From contig JACRKG010000019.1 in assembly GCA_016215315.1 (NCBI GenBank), positions 71,523-135,522 of the forward strand: a DNA stretch of 64,000 bases, read 5' to 3'. This DNA comes from Candidatus Woesearchaeota archaeon (GTDB taxonomy: Archaea > Nanobdellota > Nanobdellia > Woesearchaeales > ARS49). The notes below the pieces were generated by a model. It ran no database searches, had not been told where the DNA came from, and saw only the letters and a list, made by a program, of their open reading frames with translations. Numbering within the stretch: the first letter of the stretch is position 1; each line of letters starts with the position of its first letter. Of this stretch, positions 56,021 to 64,000 are shown one piece after another. The position numbers and the translations under genes were made by a program.

Positions 56021-57913
56021 TTATTCTTCCATTACCTTTTTATGCCATAAATTGAAGCATATTAAGTTCCAGACCTGTCTAGTATAAAATATTTCTCCTT
56101 TTTTGTAGTTATCAAAGATTTTTTCCAGTTCTGTTTTGTTAAAAAATTTGTTTACTTGCTTGTTTTGCAAAATAGATGAACGTTGTTCGTCTAGCATGTT
56201 TTTTATCCAGTTTTCTACAGGAACTTGAAACCCTTGTTTTTGTCTCCATAATAAATCTTTAGGCAGTCTTCCTTTCATTGCTGTTCTGAAAATGTATTTT
56301 GTTTGTCCTAGAGAAACTTTGTATTTTGGAGGTATCCTGTAAGAAAATTCTAAAAGTCTATAATCCAGTAATGGTTCTCTGGCTTCTAACCCTACGGCCA
56401 TAGTCATTCTATCTGTTTTATTCAAATAAGAATCCGGCAACAAAACATTTTGGTCATAATACAGAAATTTGTTTAGCAAATTGTTAGGTCGTATGAAGTA
56501 TTGGTTGAATTCTTCAGGCAGTTCTTCAAAATATTCTTCTTTCAATAATTTTTTCCTTTCATTGTCTGCAATTATTCCAACTAAACTAGTGTATGCTTTA
56601 AAGTAATTTTTATTTTTAATATTGTTTAGCACATAATTTATTCTTCTGATTATTGCATTTCTATCCATGTCTGAACTATTTTTGTGAATTTTCTTAAGTA
56701 AAAAATTTGGCGCAACTTTTAATAAAGAAGAACAAATATTTTTGCTGAATGGAATTTTCGAAATTGTGTTCAAGTGATTGAAGATTTTATAATAATCATA
56801 ACCTCCAAATACTTCATCTCCACCATCCCCAGTAATTACTGTTTTAACATGACTTCTTGAATTTTTAGCTAAAAAATATAATGGAATTATTGCAGGATCT
56901 GCCATTGGTTCATCTAAGTGCCACAAAAGTTTACTCAAAACATCAACAGTATCAGGACCTATCAAGAATTCAGTATGCTTTGTATTGAACTTTTTCGCAA
57001 TTTTATTTGCCCGAGGCAATTCATTAACTTTTTCTCCTTCCTCAAAAGCTAGTGCATATGTTTTTATCTCAGTATCTTTATCTGCTTCACGCATTAATGC
57101 AACTATTGCGCTAGAATCAATTCCCCCAGACAAAAATACTCCTACAGGAACATCTGCAATTAGCCTCTTCTTGATAGAGTCTTTCATTAGTTCTATTATT
57201 TTGTTGTGAATAAATTCTTTATTTGTAGTTAATTTGTTATTTGTATTGTTACTCCAATATTTTGTTATCGTTAGTTTTTTATTTGTTAAGTTAAAAATCA
57301 AGTTATGTCCTGGTTGAAGTTTTTTTATTCCTTCAAATATTGTTTCATTACCGAAACAATAGCGCATCGTAAAAAAACCATTCAAAGATTGTAAATTTAT
57401 TGTTTTTCTCATACCTGGAATTATGAGAAGAGATTTTATTTCGCTTGCAAAAGCAAATCTTGATCCGTCATAAAAATAGTGAAGAGGTTTGACTCCTAAT
57501 CTGTCTCTGGAAAAAAAGAGGATCTTTTTTTCTTCATCATAAATGCAAAAACTCCACATTCCGTTAAAATAATTGACGCAATTTTCTCCCCACTCTAAGT
57601 ATGAAGCAAGGATTACTTCAGTATCTGTATTTGAATTAAATTTGTGACCTTTGTTTTCTAGTTCTTGCCTTATTTCTTGAAAATTATAAACTTCCCCATT
57701 AAAAATAATAACTGCTTTTTTTCCTTTAAACTTATACTCCATGGGCTGATGACCTTTTTTTGATAAATCAATAATAGAAAGTCTGACATGGCCTAATGAG
57801 CATCTCGTATCAGTATAAACTCCTTTATCATCAGGACCTCGGTGATTTTGAGCTTTATTCATTAATTGAACTAAGTTCTTATCATTCCAATTAAATCCAG
57901 TAATTCCGCACAT
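56021..57913 (-). CDS. asnB: Asparagine synthase-family glutamine amidotransferase (probably glycan amidation)
   Basis: MCGI, HRGPD, RDRLGVKP, LSGGIDSS, GDGGDEVFGGY, KQGF. Confidence 0.93.
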   Translation of the reverse strand: MCGITGFNWNDKNLVQLMNKAQNHRGPDDKGVYTDTRCSLGHVRLSIIDLSKKGHQPMEYKFKGKKAVIIFNGEVYNFQEIRQELENKGHKFNSNTDTEVILASYLEWGENCVNYFNGMWSFCIYDEEKKILFFSRDRLGVKPLHYFYDGSRFAFASEIKSLLIIPGMRKTINLQSLNGFFTMRYCFGNETIFEGIKKLQPGHNLIFNLTNKKLTITKYWSNNTNNKLTTNKEFIHNKIIELMKDSIKKRLIADVPVGVFLSGGIDSSAIVALMREADKDTEIKTYALAFEEGEKVNELPRANKIAKKFNTKHTEFLIGPDTVDVLSKLLWHLDEPMADPAIIPLYFLAKNSRSHVKTVITGDGGDEVFGGYDYYKIFNHLNTISKIPFSKNICSSLLKVAPNFLLKKIHKNSSDMDRNAIIRRINYVLNNIKNKNYFKAYTSLVGIIADNERKKLLKEEYFEELPEEFNQYFIRPNNLLNKFLYYDQNVLLPDSYLNKTDRMTMAVGLEAREPLLDYRLLEFSYRIPPKYKVSLGQTKYIFRTAMKGRLPKDLLWRQKQGFQVPVENWIKNMLDEQRSSILQNKQVNKFFNKTELEKIFDNYKKGEIFYTRQVWNLICFNLWHKKVMEE

Positions 57914-57914
57914 T

Positions 57915-58826
57915 TTACAATTTTGTTCTTTTTATTATCAAATCAGCAAGTAGTCCTAGAAATGCAGTTTGAACTGCAAAAATAAAAACTAAAGCAGAAA
58001 ATACTCCTATTCTACAAGTAAAAAAGTTAGTACTACAATAATTTACCAAATCTTTCATTGAAAGCACAATACTTAATAAAAAGAAAAAGAAACTAATTGG
58101 CAAAAAAACATTTAAAGGTTTAAAATAAAGCGCAAGTCTTATTATTAATTGTGTGAAACCCATAAAATCCTTTAATGGTTTTATAGATGACTTTCCTTCT
58201 CGTTTATAGTACTCAATTGGAATAAATTTTACGGAATATTCATTAGTCAAACAGGACATAGTTATTGTTGTCGTAAATGAAAAACCATCAGGAAAAAGAG
58301 GCTCAAATCTTTGAAATATTCTTTTGTGAAATACCCTCATGCCAGAATTTAGATCGGGAATTTTTCTTCCAGTTAAATATCTGGCTAATTTTGTTAAAAA
58401 CAATTTTGCAGGCCTTCTTAGTAAAGGAATGCTTGCATTTTTTGTTCTTGCTCCAACAACCATATCATAAGCAGGAATGAATTCTAACAAACTTTTGAAA
58501 TCTTCAATCGGATAAGTTCCATCAGCGTCAACGATTGCAATCCAATCATATTTAGAAATAGATATGCCTTTTTTTAGAGAAGCACCATATCCTTTATTGG
58601 GATGATTTGTTGCAATTTTTATTTTGCCAGAATAATTTTCTAATACTTGAGCGGTGTTATCTTTTGATCCATCATTAACTACAATTACTTCAAAATCCAC
58701 AGTTGATTTTTTGAAGATCTCATTAATCCTGTCAAGAGTTTGACTTACAGATTTTCCTTCATTATAGCAAGGAACAATCACCGAAATTGATTTTTTTTCT
58801 TCAGAAAGTTTTGATTGTTGCATCAT
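57915..58826 (-). CDS. Glycosyltransferase family 2 with C-terminal TMs
   Basis: PCYNE, NDGSKD, DADGTY, DLNSGMR, GFSFTTT. Confidence 0.9.
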   Translation of the reverse strand: MMQQSKLSEEKKSISVIVPCYNEGKSVSQTLDRINEIFKKSTVDFEVIVVNDGSKDNTAQVLENYSGKIKIATNHPNKGYGASLKKGISISKYDWIAIVDADGTYPIEDFKSLLEFIPAYDMVVGARTKNASIPLLRRPAKLFLTKLARYLTGRKIPDLNSGMRVFHKRIFQRFEPLFPDGFSFTTTITMSCLTNEYSVKFIPIEYYKREGKSSIKPLKDFMGFTQLIIRLALYFKPLNVFLPISFFFFLLSIVLSMKDLVNYCSTNFFTCRIGVFSALVFIFAVQTAFLGLLADLIIKRTKL

Positions 58827-58884
58827 TGGTTGGGTAATTTATTTGTTTTATAAATATTCTGAAGGATTTTGCTCACGCAAAATT

Positions 58885-59973
58885 CTACTTGATTAACTTT
58901 GTTATTTCTTCAACAGTTATTAGCTTCATGCAAGCATATCTATCTTTCTTTCTTAAGCAATCTGGCATGCAGCCTTTATCGTTTATTATGCATGGAGAAC
59001 AAGGTAAATTTTTGTATATTGAAATATTTTCTTTTCCATAAGGTGCCCATAATGTCGGCGTGTTTGGCCCAAAGAGCCCTATTGTTTTAACACCTTGTGC
59101 TGCTGCTAAATGCATCGGTCCCGTATCTATACTAATAAACAAATCAAAATTTCTCATAATTTCTGCTGTTTGAAGTATGTTAAATTTTCCAGCAATATTC
59201 AACGCATTTTTTTTCATTAAATTTATCACTTGATTTATGCTAGCTTCTTCACTTTTAGCACCCATAAAAAACACAGTGTATCCTTGATCAGATAGCTTAT
59301 CTGCTAATTCTGCCCATTTTTCATTCTGCCAAACTCTTGTTTTTGATGCAGATTCTGCAGTTCCAATACAAAGTCCTGCTTTTCTTTCTTTAATGTTTTT
59401 TAAAAAATCTGTTGCAATTTTTTTGTCTTCCGCAGAAGATTCAACTGGTATCAATTTGGCATAATTTGTTTTTATCCCAATTATTCTGGCCATACTCAAA
59501 TAATTTTCTACCATGTGTTGGTCTTTTTTGTGAGCAACAACATGATCATACAATACAGATCTTATTTGGTTGCTGAATCCGATTGCTTGTTTTCCCAACC
59601 AAAAAGAAATTAATGCAGAAATATTTAGGTAAGGTTCCGTATCAAAAACCAAATCATACTTATTAAACATCCCGAATAATTTAAAATACTGTTTAGGTTC
59701 ATACAAATGTATTTGATTTATATCTTTGTTGTGCTTAAAAATATCTTTGTTACGATTTCTTGCCAAGACATCAATTACTGCATCAGGATGAGTTTTTCTT
59801 AAAGAGTTAATTAGCGGCAAAATAACCACTGAATCACCTAACGCCCATAATTTTATAATTAAAATCTTTTTAGTGTTCAAATTTTTTTGAGCTGTGTTTT
59901 TAAAAATACTTAAAAGATAACACAAAAATCCCCCAAAAAAATTATCGATTTTTTTGTAAAAATCTATCTTCAT
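58885..59973 (-). CDS. Glycosyltransferase family 9 (heptosyltransferase-like)
   Basis: ALGD, DTGPMHLAAA, GLFGP, CSPC. Confidence 0.92.
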   Translation of the reverse strand: MKIDFYKKIDNFFGGFLCYLLSIFKNTAQKNLNTKKILIIKLWALGDSVVILPLINSLRKTHPDAVIDVLARNRNKDIFKHNKDINQIHLYEPKQYFKLFGMFNKYDLVFDTEPYLNISALISFWLGKQAIGFSNQIRSVLYDHVVAHKKDQHMVENYLSMARIIGIKTNYAKLIPVESSAEDKKIATDFLKNIKERKAGLCIGTAESASKTRVWQNEKWAELADKLSDQGYTVFFMGAKSEEASINQVINLMKKNALNIAGKFNILQTAEIMRNFDLFISIDTGPMHLAAAQGVKTIGLFGPNTPTLWAPYGKENISIYKNLPCSPCIINDKGCMPDCLRKKDRYACMKLITVEEITKLIK

Positions 59974-60296
59974 TTTTTTCTTAATGCTAATTCTCTAACC
60001 AATTCAGTAATTTCCTGTTCTGTTTTTTCTTGCTTAACATAAATCCTGAAATTAAGATAAAACAATAATAGTACACTAGAATAAACAACTAAATCTACCG
60101 GTCTCTCTATACCTAATTTGAATGAAATTAATCCTGCAAGTTCAGGATTTAATGACAGCACCAAAACACTAAGCCAAATAAGAGTCCAAAAAGAAAATTC
60201 AGAACCTTTTATTTTTTTATCTTTAAACCTGAGCAAAGCTCTACTCCACGCAAAAAGAGCAAAAATAATTATTATAACACTTATTGCTTCAACCAT
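59970..60296 (-). CDS. DUF2304 membrane protein
   Basis: FW..IW, LGIERPVD, ITELVRELAL; follows a GT2 gene. Confidence 0.85.
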   Translation of the reverse strand: MVEAISVIIIIFALFAWSRALLRFKDKKIKGSEFSFWTLIWLSVLVLSLNPELAGLISFKLGIERPVDLVVYSSVLLLFYLNFRIYVKQEKTEQEITELVRELALRKK

Positions 60297-60970
60297 TATC
60301 TTATCAACCTTCTAAAAAGCATTCGGTAAAGTATTCTAAAAGCGTCCCAAGATTTTTGTCCGTGATTTAAAGAATACTCTGTGTATCTTATTGTTACAGG
60401 AATTTCTTTATAACTAATATTTTTTTTACTTATTTGTTCTAGTATTTCTGATGCATGCTCCATTCTATCTGCAGTTAGATTAATTTTTTCTGCAGCACTT
60501 TTAGAAATTGCTCGTAAGCCATTATGGGAGTCAGTGAGATTTAGTTTGTACATTCTTGATAATAATAAAGCGCCTCCACGCAAAAAAAGTCGTCTAACAA
60601 AAGGTGCATTGGTTGTGTTTTTCAAGAAACGACTGCCGATGCATATTTCTGTTTCTCCATTAATTATCGGTTCTACAAGTTTGCTTATTTCTTCTGGAGA
60701 GTGCTGGTCATCAGCATCAAAAGTAACAATAATATCAGCACCGTTTCGTAAACAATATTTTATCCCCGTTTTGAGCGCAGCGCCTTGACCTCTATTAATC
60801 ACGTGGTATAATGCTTTTGCACCTTCTTTTTCAGCCACTATTCCAGTTTTATCCTCGCTTCCATCATCTATGACTACAACATCACCATAGCCTTGCGCCT
60901 TTAATTTTCTAACCACTTCCCCGATCTTTTTCTCTTCGTTAAAAGCAGGAATCAAAACAGATATATTCAT
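60296..60970 (-). CDS. GT2 dolichol-phosphate glycosyltransferase (DPM1-like)
   Basis: PAFNE, DDGSED, NRGQGAAL, FDADDQH, GSRF, DSHNGLR. Confidence 0.92.
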   Translation of the reverse strand: MNISVLIPAFNEEKKIGEVVRKLKAQGYGDVVVIDDGSEDKTGIVAEKEGAKALYHVINRGQGAALKTGIKYCLRNGADIIVTFDADDQHSPEEISKLVEPIINGETEICIGSRFLKNTTNAPFVRRLFLRGGALLLSRMYKLNLTDSHNGLRAISKSAAEKINLTADRMEHASEILEQISKKNISYKEIPVTIRYTEYSLNHGQKSWDAFRILYRMLFRRLIR

Positions 60971-61020
60971 AGAGCGTGTGTATTTTTTTGTATTAAAAAG
61001 CTTATGGAACAGAGTTTGGT

Positions 61021-63999
61021 TTATCTTATCTCAATGACTTTTATTCTGAAATAAATATCACTATCGCCAAATTCTGCTTTTTTGTCGTCAGGAAGAGGAG
61101 TGTCTTTAATATTTATTTTTATTACTTTTTCTTCTCCTTTTTTAGCGCCTAATATTGCATTAAAAAAGTCTTTTTGCAATTGTTCCTTCACGGGCAGAGG
61201 AATTGGGATTGTTTCGTAATCCTCAAATTTTGAATCTTTGGTTGCATTTTTTGCTTCCCAATCTTTTATTGAAGTTGCAAGTATTCCTTTTTCATTCCAC
61301 ATCACGTAATTAATAAGAACCGTGTCACCTTTTTCTGCTTTCTCTTTTTCTACTGTTCCAGAGAGCACATTATTTTGTTCTCCTTTCCAGTCTACTTCCC
61401 AAACCAGAATTTTTCCTCCTATTATTTGTCGCGTTTCTTTAACGAGTTTAAAATGCTTCAATCCATGACCATTAAAAAAGAATAGTTTTGTAAATATGCT
61501 GCCTGCAAGAGGTGACTGAGCTACAATGCTAGAGTATTTTCCTCCTTGATTTACCAAGATTGCATCTATGCCTGTTTTTTGTTCTGAAGTTTTTACCTGC
61601 CAATTTCCTTTTGAATCTAATGATTGAAAGCTTTCTAAAGGAACAACATTGTTTTCCTGAGCAAAAAAGTAAGGAGTTTCATTTACCATAACTAATCTGT
61701 TTTCGCAAACAAGATTCTCTTTCTGTTCATTACAATTGGCAAGAGGATTGCCTGTGTTCACATAAGAAACCCAATCTCCAATCCAAGAATTAGCTTCTTT
61801 TTCAGGATCTGATGCATTTTGAACTTTTTTAAGTTCTCCATACAAATTTTCTGCTTGTGAATCAGAAAAAGCATATCCTGAAGTCAAGTAAGCAATAATT
61901 TCTTTTTCGTCTTTCTTTGCATAGTTATTCCATAAATCAGATTTAACAAAATCCCAATTACCAAAATGAGACCAAACACCTGCTTTGCCTATCATATCTT
62001 CAGAAGTTATCACAAAAGCTTGCGGAGGGTTGCAGTGAGTAAAGTTGAGTACTTTGGAAGCTTCAGCTTTATCAAAGCCTTTAGCTAATAATACTTTTTC
62101 GGCATCATCTTTTTCTTTTTTTATAACGTCATAAATTAGTTTTATTGACTTGGGAGTGTCATTTAATTTTTTATTTATTTCTTCAAAAGCAGAATTACTG
62201 CCGCAATCTAGCATCCTCAAGATTCCTATTGATTCATTTTCATCATTTGTTAACAATAATTTTCCCACCCAGTGAGCCATTGGAGAGTTCTGTGATGCTC
62301 CATCAAAAGTAACTGCACGATCAGCAATAAACTTAAAATGGTGACCAAAGTCCCACCAAGAAGTAATAATTGCATTTTGTTCGCTGTTCTCTTTAATGTA
62401 AGTCAGCGCATCCCACCATGCATCATTAACTAAAGGAAGTTCGCCTATGGAATTAGGAGGATCGCCTAGAACTATTTTATAAGATAATGTTACTGAAGGC
62501 GTGAATAAAAACATTACAATAATAAACAACAAAGTGCTGATCAAAAAACGATTAGTTTTAAGATATTTTTGCAAAATTCTAGAAGTAAAGTTTATCACAA
62601 AATATGATCCAATACCAAAAAGTATGCTTACTGAAGAAATTAGCAATAACAAAAATCTAACTCCCTTTGTACTTGCGTAAAGAGTTGCTAAAAACCAAAG
62701 AATTAAGTAAAAAGAACCCATTATTGTTTGAGGTTTTCTTTTTATCAGCAAAAAGAAAACCCCTATTGCTGAAATAACCATCACAAATAAGCCTATATCA
62801 AATATTACTTTTTCTGCTGATTGTTCGCTAAGTTCTGCAACAGTAGTATAAACATTAGGCCACAAATCTTGTTGAGAGGCCTCTTTAATTAATTGAAAAT
62901 TAAAAGGTGCTCTTAATGGTGTTAAAAAATCTTGAGGACCGGTAAAAATACTCATAAAAATAAATGAGAAAAGTAAAAAAGAACCCAACAAAAGCATTAT
63001 TTTCTTTGCTTCGATAAAATTCTTTATTACAAGTTTATAACATATTGTAAGTATACTACTAATTATCAATAAATCAAAAACAAACCACCAACCCAACCAC
63101 GTTCTGCCAAATACAGTAATTAATAAAGCAGATGCTGCACTTAATAATAATTTATTTCGCCATTCTTTTGCCATAACTGCTTCAAAGAATACCCAAGAGA
63201 TAACTAAAGGAAAAAACACATTATAAAAATCAGTATCTGCATAACCCCAAGAAGTTCTTGATAAAAACATAAAATGAGTTAAAAGAAAACTTGTTGCAAC
63301 AAAAGCACCCAAATTATTACTCAATCTTCTCGTAAAAAAGAATAATGGAAAAATAGATAAAAAAACAAAAATTACTGGCAAGTAAGAAGTTGTGTATAAT
63401 ATATTGATTGAACTGTTAAAAAAAGACCAAAATTTATAGAAGTACGCAATAACTAGAACATGTACTTTTGTGTAAATATCTGCATCCCTGCCTAAAGGTG
63501 CTATTGCGTGATTATCCCAAGGCACTCCATCCTTCAGTTCATCACCGAAATGTCCTCGTTCTAAATAATTTTGTGCATATCTAACATAACTATAAGGGTC
63601 AATATCGGGCATGTAAGGATATTCTCTTCCTTTATACTCAAAACGGTAGTGATCTTTGAATTGTTTTTTTTGCTGACTTAGCGCTTGCTCATATTCATTC
63701 TTATTATTCTTTTTCCAGTCATCAATTTGTTCTCGTATTATTTGTTCTTTTTTTTCCTTATTTAAATTAGGCCATTGTTTTTCAACTTCTTGAATTATTT
63801 GATTTCTAACTTGTAAGTTAACGCTATTTTCTATGACTAAATCTCCCGCAGTTAAGTCTCTTGATTGCATTCTCATCCAAATTCCACCCCAAGGCAAGAA
63901 ACCTAAGTTTGGAAGGAACTGTAATAAAATAACTAAAAGCAAAACACAAAGAGTTTTATGATTCTTAACAAAATCCAGAACTGGATTTACTTTAGTTTT
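61021..63999 (-). CDS. aglB: Oligosaccharyltransferase AglB (STT3) with C-terminal FKBP-like domain; 5' end outside the window
   Basis: DIDPY, DTD, TVAE, WWDFGH, DMIGK; frame stays open to the window edge. Confidence 0.94.
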   Translation of the reverse strand, partial: KTKVNPVLDFVKNHKTLCVLLLVILLQFLPNLGFLPWGGIWMRMQSRDLTAGDLVIENSVNLQVRNQIIQEVEKQWPNLNKEKKEQIIREQIDDWKKNNKNEYEQALSQQKKQFKDHYRFEYKGREYPYMPDIDPYSYVRYAQNYLERGHFGDELKDGVPWDNHAIAPLGRDADIYTKVHVLVIAYFYKFWSFFNSSINILYTTSYLPVIFVFLSIFPLFFFTRRLSNNLGAFVATSFLLTHFMFLSRTSWGYADTDFYNVFFPLVISWVFFEAVMAKEWRNKLLLSAASALLITVFGRTWLGWWFVFDLLIISSILTICYKLVIKNFIEAKKIMLLLGSFLLFSFIFMSIFTGPQDFLTPLRAPFNFQLIKEASQQDLWPNVYTTVAELSEQSAEKVIFDIGLFVMVISAIGVFFLLIKRKPQTIMGSFYLILWFLATLYASTKGVRFLLLLISSVSILFGIGSYFVINFTSRILQKYLKTNRFLISTLLFIIVMFLFTPSVTLSYKIVLGDPPNSIGELPLVNDAWWDALTYIKENSEQNAIITSWWDFGHHFKFIADRAVTFDGASQNSPMAHWVGKLLLTNDENESIGILRMLDCGSNSAFEEINKKLNDTPKSIKLIYDVIKKEKDDAEKVLLAKGFDKAEASKVLNFTHCNPPQAFVITSEDMIGKAGVWSHFGNWDFVKSDLWNNYAKKDEKEIIAYLTSGYAFSDSQAENLYGELKKVQNASDPEKEANSWIGDWVSYVNTGNPLANCNEQKENLVCENRLVMVNETPYFFAQENNVVPLESFQSLDSKGNWQVKTSEQKTGIDAILVNQGGKYSSIVAQSPLAGSIFTKLFFFNGHGLKHFKLVKETRQIIGGKILVWEVDWKGEQNNVLSGTVEKEKAEKGDTVLINYVMWNEKGILATSIKDWEAKNATKDSKFEDYETIPIPLPVKEQLQKDFFNAILGAKKGEEKVIKINIKDTPLPDDKKAEFGDSDIYFRIKVIEIR

Positions 64000-64000
64000 A

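Overview
AT-rich archaeal chromosome segment, most consistent with a DPANN (Woesearchaeota/Pacearchaeota-like) organism. Evidence: archaeal SecD/SecF, AglB/STT3, AbrB-PhoU, wHTH and NFACT genes, a stand-alone 5S rRNA, and many genes with a TATA-like element about 25 nt before ATG. The taxonomy is inferred, not searched. Left part (1-28 kb): housekeeping genes (DEDDh exonuclease, sppA, smc, secDF, M50 protease, RsmC-like MTase, radical SAM). They are interleaved with a split carbamoyltransferase/SxtJ/DUF5989 module, an island of glycine-zipper membrane proteins, an unannotated 41-aa protamine-like gene followed by a structured RNA-like element, and a four-gene operon with three SPFH proteins. 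Right part (28-64 kb): a ~36 kb surface/N-glycosylation cluster ending in aglB. It holds rmlC, an RmlD/C-methyltransferase fusion, a NeuA/NeuB-like pair, a GT-B/CBS/nucleotide-sugar dehydrogenase triple fusion, a KpsS-like GT, GT2/GT4/GT9/GT-C enzymes, a flippase and AsnB. AglB carries a C-terminal FKBP-like domain. Intergenic DNA holds two apparent families of dispersed palindromes and several GU-rich structured elements. No CRISPR array, tRNA or transposase was recognised. All family calls come from motifs read by eye; no searches were run.
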